Virus record (IMG/VR): IMGVR_UViG_3300011116_001125
Location: 11,637-75,636 of that record
DNA: 64,000 nucleotides
Origin: a virus
Strand: one strand, 5' to 3'
Each line of letters begins with the position of its first letter. The first letter of the stretch is position 1. Below, piece by piece: positions 46,532 to 55,563 of this stretch. The notes beneath the pieces are model-generated. The model was not told the origin of the DNA. It worked only from the letters and a program-made list of their open reading frames with translations, and searched no databases. The position numbers were made by a program, and so were the translations under genes.

Positions 46532-47440
46532 ATGGCTATTACTCGTTCCCAACTACTCAAAGAACTTGAGCCCGGACTCAATTCTCTTTTTGGCATGGAG
46601 TATGATCGCTACGACAACGAGCACACTGAAATTTTCGATACCGAATCTTCAGACCGTGCTTTTGAAGAAGAAGTCATGCTTTCCGGCTTTGGTCAGGCTC
46701 CGGTCAAGGGCGAAGGTTCTGCCATCGCTTACGACACGGCAGGTGAAGCCTTCACAGCACGCTACACCCATGAAACGATCGCACTTGCGTTCGCTATCAC
46801 GGAAGAAGCTGTGGAAGACAACCTGTATGACAAGTTGTCAAGCCGCTACACCCGTGCGCTCGCACGTTCGATGTCCAACACCAAGCAGGTCAAGGCCGCA
46901 TCTGTTCTTAACAATGCGTTCTCGTCCTCTTATGTCGGCGGCGACGGCGTTTCGCTCATTAACTCTGCTCACCCGACAGTAGGTGGCGGTAACTGGTCAA
47001 ACACGCTTGCAACGCAGGCTGACCTTAACGAAACTTCGCTCGAACAGGCTTTGATTGATATCGCAGCCTTCATCGACGAACGTGGCCTTAAGGTTGCTTT
47101 GCGCGGCATGAAGTTGATCATTCCGCCTGCCTTGCAGTTTACTGCAGAGCGTATTCTCAAGTCGGAACAGCGTGTTTCAACGGCGGATAACGACATCAAC
47201 GCACTCAAGTCGGGCGGATACATGCCGCAGGGCTTTACGGTCAACCACTTCTTGACCGATCCGGATGCGTGGTTCGTTAAAACCGATGCGCCTAACGGCA
47301 TGAAACACTTTGTCCGTAGCCCAATTAAAACGGCTATGGAAGGCGAATTCGAAACAGGTAACGTGCGCTACAAGGCGCGTGAGCGTTATTCGTTCGGTTG
47401 GTCTGACCCGCGCGCCATGTATGGTTCGCAGGGCGCATAA
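46532..47440 (+). CDS. Major capsid protein
   Basis: MAITRSQLLKELEPGLN, ITEEAVEDNLY, LIIPPAL, YKARERYSFGWSDPR; followed by a terminator. Confidence 0.9.
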   Translation: MAITRSQLLKELEPGLNSLFGMEYDRYDNEHTEIFDTESSDRAFEEEVMLSGFGQAPVKGEGSAIAYDTAGEAFTARYTHETIALAFAITEEAVEDNLYDKLSSRYTRALARSMSNTKQVKAASVLNNAFSSSYVGGDGVSLINSAHPTVGGGNWSNTLATQADLNETSLEQALIDIAAFIDERGLKVALRGMKLIIPPALQFTAERILKSEQRVSTADNDINALKSGGYMPQGFTVNHFLTDPDAWFVKTDAPNGMKHFVRSPIKTAMEGEFETGNVRYKARERYSFGWSDPRAMYGSQGA

Positions 47441-47467
47441 TTACTGCTTTCGCAACGGCAGTAAAGG

Positions 47468-47495
47468 AAGAGCGGGCCTTGTGTCCGCTCTTTTT
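47468..47495 (+). terminator. Rho-independent terminator after the capsid gene
   Basis: AAGAGCGGGC-CTTGT-GTCCGCTCTT-TTT; preceded by TTACTGC...GCAGTAA hairpin (47441-47464). Confidence 0.8.
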
Positions 47496-47557
47496 CTATT
47501 GTAACGTGCATTGTTCCTGACTGCTAAGGCAGACAACCCCAACGACAGGAGACTCAC

Positions 47558-48040
47558 ATGGGGACGACAACTTTTTCCGGACCAATTAAAGCGGGTCCGA
47601 TTAAATTCACCACAGGCACTACACTTGGTCAAGATGTTGCTGACGTAGGTAATGTGGTTCTTTCACAGTCAAGCGCACTTACGCAGGCTAAGAATGGCAG
47701 CAACGCAACGGGTGTGTACAGCACGGATATTGTTATTCCGGCAGGCAGCACCATTACATCTATTCAAATTTTTGTAACGGCGGCGTGGTCGGGTGCAGCA
47801 CAAACAATCAATGTGGGCACTGATTCAACTGCAACGCAGCTTGCTGTTGCCGCAGATAACGATCTTTCCACAACGCTTGGTTTGAAAACAATCGTTCCAG
47901 GAAGTGATGCAACACGTACAGGCAAGTGGATTACAGTTGGAACAAACGATGTTCGCATTTGGACAAAGTCAACCAACACGGGCACTGGCGTAGGCGTGAT
48001 GGTTGTTAACTACATCCAAAACGGCGCAATTAGCCCCTAA
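47558..48040 (+). CDS. Virion structural protein
   Basis: MGTTTFSGPIKAG N-terminus, beta-rich. Confidence 0.6.
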   Translation: MGTTTFSGPIKAGPIKFTTGTTLGQDVADVGNVVLSQSSALTQAKNGSNATGVYSTDIVIPAGSTITSIQIFVTAAWSGAAQTINVGTDSTATQLAVAADNDLSTTLGLKTIVPGSDATRTGKWITVGTNDVRIWTKSTNTGTGVGVMVVNYIQNGAISP

Positions 48041-48056
48041 TACCTAGGAGGCTAAT

Positions 48057-48455
48057 ATGGCCGATGCGGTAACAACACAAACTATCTTCCAAGGCGATAA
48101 AACCCTTGTAATGAAGTTTACCAACATTTCAGATGGCACCGGAGAGTCCGGTGTCATCAAAGTAAACGTTGGTGCGCTTACTTCTTACCAAGGTATGCCG
48201 TGTACTGCTGTTCAAATTGACAAAGTCTATGCCATGACGCATGGTATGGAAGTTAGGCTTTATTGGGCAGCTACTACTCCGCAACTTATTATGACCATAC
48301 CCGCTAATATTATGAATACCCAAAACTATGATGAGTTTGGTGGAATTGATAATAATGCAGGGGCAGGTAAAACAGGTAATATCACTTTTACAACTGCGGA
48401 TGCTTCTTCAGGTGATATGTATACAATCATCTTAGTAATGCGTAAGCTGTATTAA
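48057..48455 (+). CDS. Virion structural protein
   Basis: MADAVTTQTI...KFTNISDGTGES. Confidence 0.6.
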   Translation: MADAVTTQTIFQGDKTLVMKFTNISDGTGESGVIKVNVGALTSYQGMPCTAVQIDKVYAMTHGMEVRLYWAATTPQLIMTIPANIMNTQNYDEFGGIDNNAGAGKTGNITFTTADASSGDMYTIILVMRKLY

Positions 48456-48466
48456 AAGAGACGATA

Positions 48467-49255
48467 ATGACTCGACCCCCTTCCTCAGTAACTAGGACTG
48501 GCGCGTATGAGCCTTTTAACTTGCAGGTAGCGCGGGGCCAAATTCCGTGGCACCAAAGTATCGTTGTTTTTGGTTATAACCCAGACGTAGATACAAGTGT
48601 TGAAACTGTTTGGCCTTACGGGGGTATTCTTTCCTTTCCCGACAATGCTTTGCGGATGTCTGTTAGTTCAGATAATACTAACGACACAGCAGCAGGGACA
48701 GGCGCTAGAACCGTTTATATTCAAGGGCTGAACGCTAATCACGATACGATCAGCGAAACAGTTTCTTTAAATGGTCAGGCTGCCGTACTTACGGCAAACT
48801 CTTATCTACACATAAATCAAGCCTACGTTGCAACCGCTGGATCATTAAACAGCGCCGCAGGTAATATTTACTTTGGAACAGACGCTTTAACTTTAGGCGT
48901 TCCAGCAACCGTTTATGATATTATTCAATACGACTATAACACCAGAGTTACTGGAAGTTATACTATTCCATCCGGCTACACCGGATACTTAGAACAGGGC
49001 TTGTTTTCTTCTGGGCAGGCTGGCGGTTCTAACGCTGTGACCGGACGTCTTATGACACGCGGTACGGATGATATTCGTAGGACAGCAGCGATTGTTACGA
49101 TAAATAATGGTGCTGCTGACTATGCGTTTGAGTATCCCGTTGTTATACCAGAAAAAACAACTATTGAGGCTCAAGCAATAGGTTCCTCTAACAACAATGC
49201 TTGCTCCAGTATGTTTATTCTTGTGCTCATAAAAAATGATGCGGGGACTGCGTGA
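48467..49255 (+). CDS. Virion structural protein
   Basis: FNLQVARGQI...FGYNPD...GTGARTV.IQGL. Confidence 0.55.
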   Translation: MTRPPSSVTRTGAYEPFNLQVARGQIPWHQSIVVFGYNPDVDTSVETVWPYGGILSFPDNALRMSVSSDNTNDTAAGTGARTVYIQGLNANHDTISETVSLNGQAAVLTANSYLHINQAYVATAGSLNSAAGNIYFGTDALTLGVPATVYDIIQYDYNTRVTGSYTIPSGYTGYLEQGLFSSGQAGGSNAVTGRLMTRGTDDIRRTAAIVTINNGAADYAFEYPVVIPEKTTIEAQAIGSSNNNACSSMFILVLIKNDAGTA

Positions 49256-49539
49256 TGGCTAAGGGCATGGGCATAAAAACTTCGGTAAAATCAGGCAATT
49301 TCCGGCCCACAAAATCAGGTGCCGGAATGACTGAAAAGGGTGTAAAAGCCTTTCGTCGTGCCAATCCTGGATCAAAGTTAAGCACCGCAGTTACAGAAAA
49401 AAGTCCTACCGGAAAGCGTGCAGCACGCAGAAAATCGTTCTGTGCGCGTTCCGCTGGGCAAATGAAAATGTTCCCTGAAGCTGCTAAAGACCCTAACAGC
49501 CGCCTCCGGCAAGCGCGTAAGCGTTGGAGGTGCAAATGA
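49252..49539 (+). CDS. Small basic protein (RRKSFCARS family)
   Basis: GMTEKG...NPGSKL...RRKSFCARSAG...KRWRC. Confidence 0.65.
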   Translation: MMAKGMGIKTSVKSGNFRPTKSGAGMTEKGVKAFRRANPGSKLSTAVTEKSPTGKRAARRKSFCARSAGQMKMFPEAAKDPNSRLRQARKRWRCK

Positions 49540-49814
49540 TATTAGATCTGCAAATGCTTTGGAATGTACTCTTAACACTCGTGTTGCTTCCACTTGCTTG
49601 GATACTTGTGTATTTGAACACACGTATTTCAGAAGCAGAGGAAAAGTCTTTGGCTACTTTTGAACGTGTTTGGAAATCAATATCCGAACACCGTGAAGAT
49701 ATTCCAAAAACCTACGTTACTAAAACTGACCTATTAAATACTCATAATCAAATTATGGGCCGTTTTGATCGGTTAGAAGAAAAAATTGATCGCATTACTG
49801 GAGTAGGCAAATGA
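49524..49814 (+). CDS. Membrane-anchored coiled-coil protein
   Basis: N-terminal TM helix; YVTK.D...FDRLEEKID. Confidence 0.55.
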   Translation: MEVQMILDLQMLWNVLLTLVLLPLAWILVYLNTRISEAEEKSLATFERVWKSISEHREDIPKTYVTKTDLLNTHNQIMGRFDRLEEKIDRITGVGK

Positions 49815-49973
49815 AAGTACGCGCTAAAAATTCCTTGCCTGTGCCACGCGGATCAAAAATGCGTACGTCTCCTTTTGGCATGAAAAAAGGTGGCGCTTTG
49901 GGTAAAACCAAGAAACCTAAAGTTGGTATAGCAATTATGATTGCTGTCGGTAAGCCTAGAAAAGGAATGCGTA

Positions 49974-50420
49974 ATGGCTAAGAAGGAAACCTCAATGGTT
50001 ATGAAAAAACGTGGTGGTGGCATGGCTACCCGTGGTATGGGCGCGGCTTATAAAAAAGGCGGTCCAATTTTAGAATACGGTGGCAAGGAAAAATATTCTT
50101 CCCGTGCTTCAATGAAAAAGCATGAGGGTAAAGAGTCTATGAGCGCTGAGGCAGGCGAAAAGGCTATGCGCGGTGGCGGTATTGCTACCCGTGGAAAAGG
50201 TATTGCCCTTGCAGGAGGTGGCATGATGCCAAAGAAACCTGCGGTAAACCCATTTGGCCCCCGTGGTGGGCGTCCTGCTCCGAAAAAACTTTACATTGGT
50301 GGTTCTCGAAGGTTTGATGAAAACACTGGTTCTTATGGAAACGGTAGACCAGCAATCGATCCTTTACCTACCCGTAGAGCAAAAGGCGGGATGGCTAAAG
50401 GTCGTAAGGGCTGCAAGTAA
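49974..50420 (+). CDS. Basic protein with repeated xxGG motifs
   Basis: KRGGG, YKKGG, MRGGG, LAGGG, RAKGG; RBS before ATG 49974. Confidence 0.6.
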   Translation: MAKKETSMVMKKRGGGMATRGMGAAYKKGGPILEYGGKEKYSSRASMKKHEGKESMSAEAGEKAMRGGGIATRGKGIALAGGGMMPKKPAVNPFGPRGGRPAPKKLYIGGSRRFDENTGSYGNGRPAIDPLPTRRAKGGMAKGRKGCK

Positions 50421-50578
50421 TGAAAAAAGAGGTTTGGGCCAAGCCACGTCCTAAAGGGTTGGGTAAGCCCAAGCCTCTTACTTCTAAGCAGAAAACTTCT
50501 GTTAAAAAAGCTGCTAAGGCTGCGGGGCGTCCTTATCCTAACCTTGTTGATAATATGCGTGCTGCGAGGAAAAAATGA
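50420..50578 (+). CDS. Small basic protein (GRPYPNLVDNM)
   Basis: Translated by eye; coupled to its neighbours. Confidence 0.55.
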   Translation: MKKEVWAKPRPKGLGKPKPLTSKQKTSVKKAAKAAGRPYPNLVDNMRAARKK

Positions 50579-50742
50579 AAAAGCCAACAAAAGCACAAGC
50601 TAAAATTCGTACTGTGCTACACGAGTTTAAGGTGGGCAAACTTCATTCGGGCAGCAAAAAAGGTCCAACTGTTAAAAACCGCCAACAGGCGATTGCTATA
50701 GCTCTTTCGCAAGCTGGTAAGTCGAAAGGCAGGAGTAAATAA
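50575..50742 (+). CDS. Small basic protein, DUF6496-like
   Basis: HEFK.GKLHSGSKKGP.VKNRQQAIAIALSQAG. Confidence 0.65.
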   Translation: MKKPTKAQAKIRTVLHEFKVGKLHSGSKKGPTVKNRQQAIAIALSQAGKSKGRSK

Positions 50743-50743
50743 A

Positions 50744-51610
50744 ATGGTAAGTCCTATGATGGGTTATGGTGGTGTGCAACCACAAAATGCTGTTAATCCT
50801 GCGCAACCATTGAATCAAGCGCAACCGCAGCAAGCTATGCCGCCTCAACAAGGGTATCCACAAACGCAGCAAAGCGCGCAAGTTCAACAGGCATACCCGC
50901 AAACGCAACAAGGGTATCCGCAAACGCAGCAAAGCGCGCAAGTTCAGCAAGCCTATACGAAACCTGCTTACCCCGCTTCTGGAATAGCTAGTGCTATAGG
51001 TGCGCCCCTACCTCCAAATATGTTTGCTTCTCCACTCCCTCCACCTCCAAATATGGTTGCTTCTCCACTTCCTCCGCCTCCTTCTGGTGCGCAAACAACG
51101 TATCAAAACGTGCTAATGAGCCCTAAATTCCAAGGGTTACCGCCGGAAGACCAGCAAAGAGTCCTGTCTTCGATTCAAATATATGCGCAACAACCTATGC
51201 AAATGCAGCAGCCATCCCCTCTGACTCTGCCTCCGCCTCCGCCTCCTTCCTTAGACGCGGTGCGTTCTGATGCGCAAACCTCGTATCAAAAAATGCTAAT
51301 GGACCCTAATTTCCAAGGGTTACCGCCGGAAGAGCAGCAAAAATTTCAATCTTCGTACCAACAGTATATGCAAAATTTGCCATCTGCCTACGCTCAAAAT
51401 CAACAGCAGTATGCACAAATGATGGCGCAACAACCCATGCAAATGCAGCAGCCAAGCACATCAAATCCTTCTGACATGGCAGCGTTACGAAGGGCACACC
51501 TTGATAATGCACGTCGTCAACAAGTAGGGATTGCAGGGCTAGGCATGGATCCTGATAGAATGCGTCGGTTAGCTAGTATCGCTAGCCTTGCAGGTGGAGT
51601 GCGCAGATGA
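50744..51610 (+). CDS. Gln/Pro-rich repetitive protein
   Basis: Internal repeats QQGYPQTQQSAQVQQAY x2, PPNMxASPLPPP x2, FQGLPPExQQ x2. Confidence 0.65.
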   Translation: MVSPMMGYGGVQPQNAVNPAQPLNQAQPQQAMPPQQGYPQTQQSAQVQQAYPQTQQGYPQTQQSAQVQQAYTKPAYPASGIASAIGAPLPPNMFASPLPPPPNMVASPLPPPPSGAQTTYQNVLMSPKFQGLPPEDQQRVLSSIQIYAQQPMQMQQPSPLTLPPPPPPSLDAVRSDAQTSYQKMLMDPNFQGLPPEEQQKFQSSYQQYMQNLPSAYAQNQQQYAQMMAQQPMQMQQPSTSNPSDMAALRRAHLDNARRQQVGIAGLGMDPDRMRRLASIASLAGGVRR

Positions 51611-51963
51611 AAAAAGCCGTAAAACGCCGTAAGTATGCAGATGGGGGCAATGTGCAGGATCCTGCTACGCCCCCTATCGGAACCACAGATCTTTCCGGTG
51701 CAGCAACACAAAGCCAAGCACAAACTTCTTCTGACACTGGTCCTGGTCCAGGACAAGTTTCTCCGTATTATTCGCCTTCTGATTATGGTACACCTACGGG
51801 AGCGATGGATACGCAGAAAAGAAATTTGTATACGCAAGACCGTATGACAGGCCAAGGTTCATCAACTGAGGGCTATGCAAAAGGTGGCATGGTCAACAAA
51901 CGGGGTAAAGTTCGTGGTTGTGGTGTGGCTAAACGTGGGCTCACAAAAGGCAAGGTGTACTGA
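51607..51963 (+). CDS. Small xxGG-motif protein
   Basis: YADGG, YAKGG, RGCGVAKRGLTKG tail. Confidence 0.6.
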   Translation: MKKAVKRRKYADGGNVQDPATPPIGTTDLSGAATQSQAQTSSDTGPGPGQVSPYYSPSDYGTPTGAMDTQKRNLYTQDRMTGQGSSTEGYAKGGMVNKRGKVRGCGVAKRGLTKGKVY

Positions 51964-51965
51964 AC

Positions 51966-52244
51966 ATGCTTAAGCGTAAAAAGAAACCTATTTCTCCGCC
52001 ACCACCTGAGTACGATACCCCTTCTGGTGAAGAGCAGTACAAGAAAACTCTGGAAGAAAACAGAAAGCAGCTGGGAGAACCTAAAACAGCTGACGAAGTT
52101 ACTCCAGAAGAGGAAAAAACTTTACGTGAAACCATGCGTAAGCAGGTGGAAGAAAGCAACTATAAACGCGGCGGCATGGTCAAAAGCAAAGCCCGTGGTT
52201 GTGGCATTGCAGTGCGCGGTTTAACCAAAGGCAGGATGTATTGA
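51966..52244 (+). CDS. Small xxGG-motif protein
   Basis: YKRGG, RGCGIAVRGLTKG tail. Confidence 0.6.
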   Translation: MLKRKKKPISPPPPEYDTPSGEEQYKKTLEENRKQLGEPKTADEVTPEEEKTLRETMRKQVEESNYKRGGMVKSKARGCGIAVRGLTKGRMY

Positions 52245-52245
52245 C

Positions 52246-52518
52246 ATGACAAAAGGTTCTGCTTCACCTACAGGGTTAATGAATATTGGTATGTGGGAAG
52301 ATTCCCCTGCTGATATTCGTGGTGATACCGCTATTAAAAAGCGTATGGGCAAGCAGGGCATGTCAAAAGAAGCCTATGAAAGTTCTGCTGAAGATATCAA
52401 GCACGATATTCAAAAATCTTCAAAAGGTATCGGTATGAAGCGCGGTGGTGCGGTGTACATGCCTTCTGAAGCTAAAGGTAAAAGCCGTAAGTACACGGCT
52501 TCTTGCAAAATTTGTTAA
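52246..52518 (+). CDS. Small xxGG-motif protein
   Basis: MKRGG motif. Confidence 0.55.
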   Translation: MTKGSASPTGLMNIGMWEDSPADIRGDTAIKKRMGKQGMSKEAYESSAEDIKHDIQKSSKGIGMKRGGAVYMPSEAKGKSRKYTASCKIC

Positions 52519-52536
52519 GTTTTAAAGGAGGTTTTA

Positions 52537-52971
52537 ATGCGTAAAGTTGCACCTAAAGGTAGAAAAAAGTACGCAGAAGGCGGCACAACAGCTACAACAA
52601 CCACGACTGCTCCAGCATATACGCGTGCGTTGAAAGGTACCCGTATTCCTGAAAAGAATACCTCTGCCATGGAACGTTTTAATGAAGAACGAACAAAAGA
52701 TATGGCTAAACTAACAAATCGTTTAGCAAGGCCGCAAGTTCAAGAAAACGCAAATCGGGTTGCAAAACTCACGGGTATTCAAACATTTTTGAAAAATAAC
52801 CCGATGGCTAATTATGCCGATGCACGCCGTGCTTATAATTTTTCTATGGGCAAAGGTCCGCGTGGTCCGGCACAAGCAACAACGCAGCAAACCACCGCAA
52901 TGAAAAAAGGTGGTGTTGCCAAAAAACCTGCTGTTAAAAAGAGCATGGGACGGGCTAAAGGTCGCGCATAA
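52537..52971 (+). CDS. Basic xxGG-motif protein
   Basis: GGAGG RBS; YAEGG, MKKGG. Confidence 0.6.
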   Translation: MRKVAPKGRKKYAEGGTTATTTTTAPAYTRALKGTRIPEKNTSAMERFNEERTKDMAKLTNRLARPQVQENANRVAKLTGIQTFLKNNPMANYADARRAYNFSMGKGPRGPAQATTQQTTAMKKGGVAKKPAVKKSMGRAKGRA

Positions 52972-53657
52972 TGACCACTTCAGGCACAAAAACATTTGAG
53001 CTCGACGTAGCCGAGTATATTGAAGAAGCGTTTGAACGTTGCGGTATCGAAGTACGCACCGGATACGATCAACGCACGGCACGCCGTAGCTTAAATCTTT
53101 TGTTGGCTGAATGGGCAAATCGTGGCCTTAATCAATGGACAATTAAGCAACAAAGCGTAACAATGACAGTGGGTGTAAATGAATACCCATTGGAAGCCTA
53201 CGACATTGACGTTTTGGATGCTGTTTGCCGTTTTGCTCAAGGTATTGGTTCACAAAATCAGCAAGATTTAACGGTCGACCGTATCAGCCGTGAAGTGTAT
53301 CTGGATATTCCTGCTAAATTGAGGCAGGCACGTCCGGTGCAATATTTTGTTGATAGGCAAATAACGCCTATCATTAAAGTATGGCCTACACCCGACCAAA
53401 CTTATTATTTGATTATCAATAAACTTGTTCGGTTGGATGATGTAAACAGTTCTACCAATACGTTACAGCTTCCATTTAGGTTTTATCCCTGTTTAGCGGC
53501 GGGGTTAGCCTACTATCTTTCTTTGAAAAAAGCGCCTGAACGTACTCAAATGTTGAAGGCTATTTACGAAGAAGAGTTTGATAAAGCTGCTGCCGAAGAT
53601 CGTGATCGTGCTTCTTTGATGCTTACCCCCATGAGAAACTATTATGGTGTGGTGTAA
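52971..53657 (+). CDS. Head-tail connector / adaptor protein
   Basis: IEEAFERCG, ARRSLNLL, VWPTPD, AGLAYYL. Confidence 0.65.
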   Translation: MTTSGTKTFELDVAEYIEEAFERCGIEVRTGYDQRTARRSLNLLLAEWANRGLNQWTIKQQSVTMTVGVNEYPLEAYDIDVLDAVCRFAQGIGSQNQQDLTVDRISREVYLDIPAKLRQARPVQYFVDRQITPIIKVWPTPDQTYYLIINKLVRLDDVNSSTNTLQLPFRFYPCLAAGLAYYLSLKKAPERTQMLKAIYEEEFDKAAAEDRDRASLMLTPMRNYYGVV

Positions 53658-53659
53658 GT

Positions 53660-53965
53660 ATGACCAAGTTTGCAAACGGCACGCAATCTAAAGCCATCTG
53701 CGACAGATGCGGGTTTAAATACTATTATTTACAGCTGAAAAAAGAGTGGACAGGGTTTAGAACCTGCATGGAATGCTGGGAGCCTAAGCACCCGCAGCTT
53801 GACCCTATTTACCCACCTACTGAACCACAGGCTTTGTATCAACCCCGCCCTGATGTTATTATTGACTACGCTGCTCCGGTGGCTGATCAAGTGTTTCCGT
53901 TTTTGCCAATTAGCTTGTTACAGGGTATTACTCAGGTGGGTATAGTAACTGTGGAGATAACATAA
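53660..53965 (+). CDS. Zn-ribbon structural-module protein
   Basis: CDRCGF...CMECWEPKHPQ. Confidence 0.6.
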   Translation: MTKFANGTQSKAICDRCGFKYYYLQLKKEWTGFRTCMECWEPKHPQLDPIYPPTEPQALYQPRPDVIIDYAAPVADQVFPFLPISLLQGITQVGIVTVEIT

Positions 53966-54603
53966 TGGGTTGGACCTATGCCACTCTTACTACTGCCATT
54001 AAGGACTTTGTTCAGTCTACTGAAACGACGTTCACTAATAATTTGAATGTGTTTATTCAAAATGCAGAAGAACGCATTTTTTATTCTGTTAGCTTAGAAT
54101 ATTTTCGCAAAAACCAAACGGGTACGCTTAGCTCAGGCAATCAATATCTTGCAAAGCCTTCCGATTTTATGTCGTCGTATGCTTTATCGGTTACCGTTGG
54201 TGGTGAAAAAATATTCCTTTTGAATAAAGATGTGGAGTATTTGCAAACATACGACCCTACAGGGGCAACTGGTGCGCCGAAATACTACGGGTATTTTGAC
54301 ATCAATAACTTCATTATTGCCCCTGTTCCGGATAATAATTACGCCGTTGAAATTCATTATTATTACCGCCCAGAAAGTATTGTTGTGCAAACAAGCGGCA
54401 CATGGATAGGTAATAATGCCCAACAAGCGCTCCTTTACGGCAGCTTGGTTGAAGCATATACTTTTCTTAAAGGCGAACCCGATTTGTTAAACTTGTATAA
54501 CCAACGGTTTGTAGAATCGCTTACTCGCCTGAAAAACTTCGGTGAAGGGCTCGAAAACATCGACGCCTACCGTGATGGTCTTGTTAGAGTTAAGGCTAAC
54601 TAA
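53965..54603 (+). CDS. Tail tubular / adaptor protein
   Basis: FIQNAEERI, G.PKYY, APVPD..Y, ALLYGSLVEA. Confidence 0.65.
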   Translation: MGWTYATLTTAIKDFVQSTETTFTNNLNVFIQNAEERIFYSVSLEYFRKNQTGTLSSGNQYLAKPSDFMSSYALSVTVGGEKIFLLNKDVEYLQTYDPTGATGAPKYYGYFDINNFIIAPVPDNNYAVEIHYYYRPESIVVQTSGTWIGNNAQQALLYGSLVEAYTFLKGEPDLLNLYNQRFVESLTRLKNFGEGLENIDAYRDGLVRVKAN

Positions 54604-54893
54604 TGTTTGTACAAGCACTGAATACTGGCGATTTTAAAGTTGAAGTGGTTACCTCTAGTAATGGAGGGCACCCACCGGAATTTTGGGCAAACCGTGCGGC
54701 TGATCATATTGTAAGTGTCGCAGAAACTACTCATCCTGCTATCCGTGAACAGGCTTTAGCCTTTCGCGATCAAGTAGAATACATTATACTGCGCCACATG
54801 AAGCAGGCAATTTCGTGTGATAGAACTACGGTCGGCTCTTATTTAGAAGAAGCAGGCCACCCTAAATTAGCTGAACTTGTAAGGAGGCCGTAA
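54603..54893 (+). CDS. Hypothetical protein
   Basis: Coupled ORF in the tail module. Confidence 0.6.
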   Translation: MFVQALNTGDFKVEVVTSSNGGHPPEFWANRAADHIVSVAETTHPAIREQALAFRDQVEYIILRHMKQAISCDRTTVGSYLEEAGHPKLAELVRRP

Positions 54894-55351
54894 TGGCGTT
54901 TACTGGTAACTACATGACAACGTCGTTCAAGCTCGACCTCTTGAACGGTAAGCAAGCAATCGGTACAACAGTTGCCCGTGCTACTACGGCAGCAGATACT
55001 TATAAGATTGCACTGTATACTTCGTCAGCTACGCTTGATGCTTCTACCACAGCATACAGCTCAACTAACGAAATTACGAACACAGCAGGTTCTGCCTATA
55101 CGGCGGGTGGGCAAACACTCACGGGCGCAACCACAACTTCATCGGGCACAACTGCATTTGCCGATTTTGCTGATGCTTCGTGGTCTTCGGCATCGTTCAC
55201 CGCACGCGGCGCTTTGATCTATAACTCAACGCAGTCAAACAGTTCTGTCGTTGTTTTGGACTTTGGCTCCGATAAAACGGCTTCTGCAGGTACATTTACG
55301 GTTGTTTTCCCAACCGCTGACGCATCGAATGCTATCATTCGCATCGCCTAA
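54893..55351 (+). CDS. Tail structural protein
   Basis: YKIALYTS, YTAGG..L, ARGALIYN, VLDFGSDK. Confidence 0.65.
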   Translation: MAFTGNYMTTSFKLDLLNGKQAIGTTVARATTAADTYKIALYTSSATLDASTTAYSSTNEITNTAGSAYTAGGQTLTGATTTSSGTTAFADFADASWSSASFTARGALIYNSTQSNSSVVVLDFGSDKTASAGTFTVVFPTADASNAIIRIA

Positions 55352-55380
55352 TAATAACTTATGGGATGTGAAATGATCAG

Positions 55381-55563
55381 ATGGAAGCTGCGGTTGTTGA
55401 TCTAACCACCAACATTGTCATAAACAAAATCGTTGCCGATGCCGCGACTGACCTCGCGCCTGATGGAACATGCCTTGTCGATGTTCCAGAAGGCACGGTT
55501 TACGATATAGGTTGGTTATGGGACGGCGTGAACTTTATTCCTCCTGTAGAGGGGGGAATATAA
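55381..55563 (+). CDS. Small tail-fibre-associated protein
   Basis: VINKIVAD...DIGWLWDGVNF.PP pattern. Confidence 0.55.
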   Translation: MEAAVVDLTTNIVINKIVADAATDLAPDGTCLVDVPEGTVYDIGWLWDGVNFIPPVEGGI

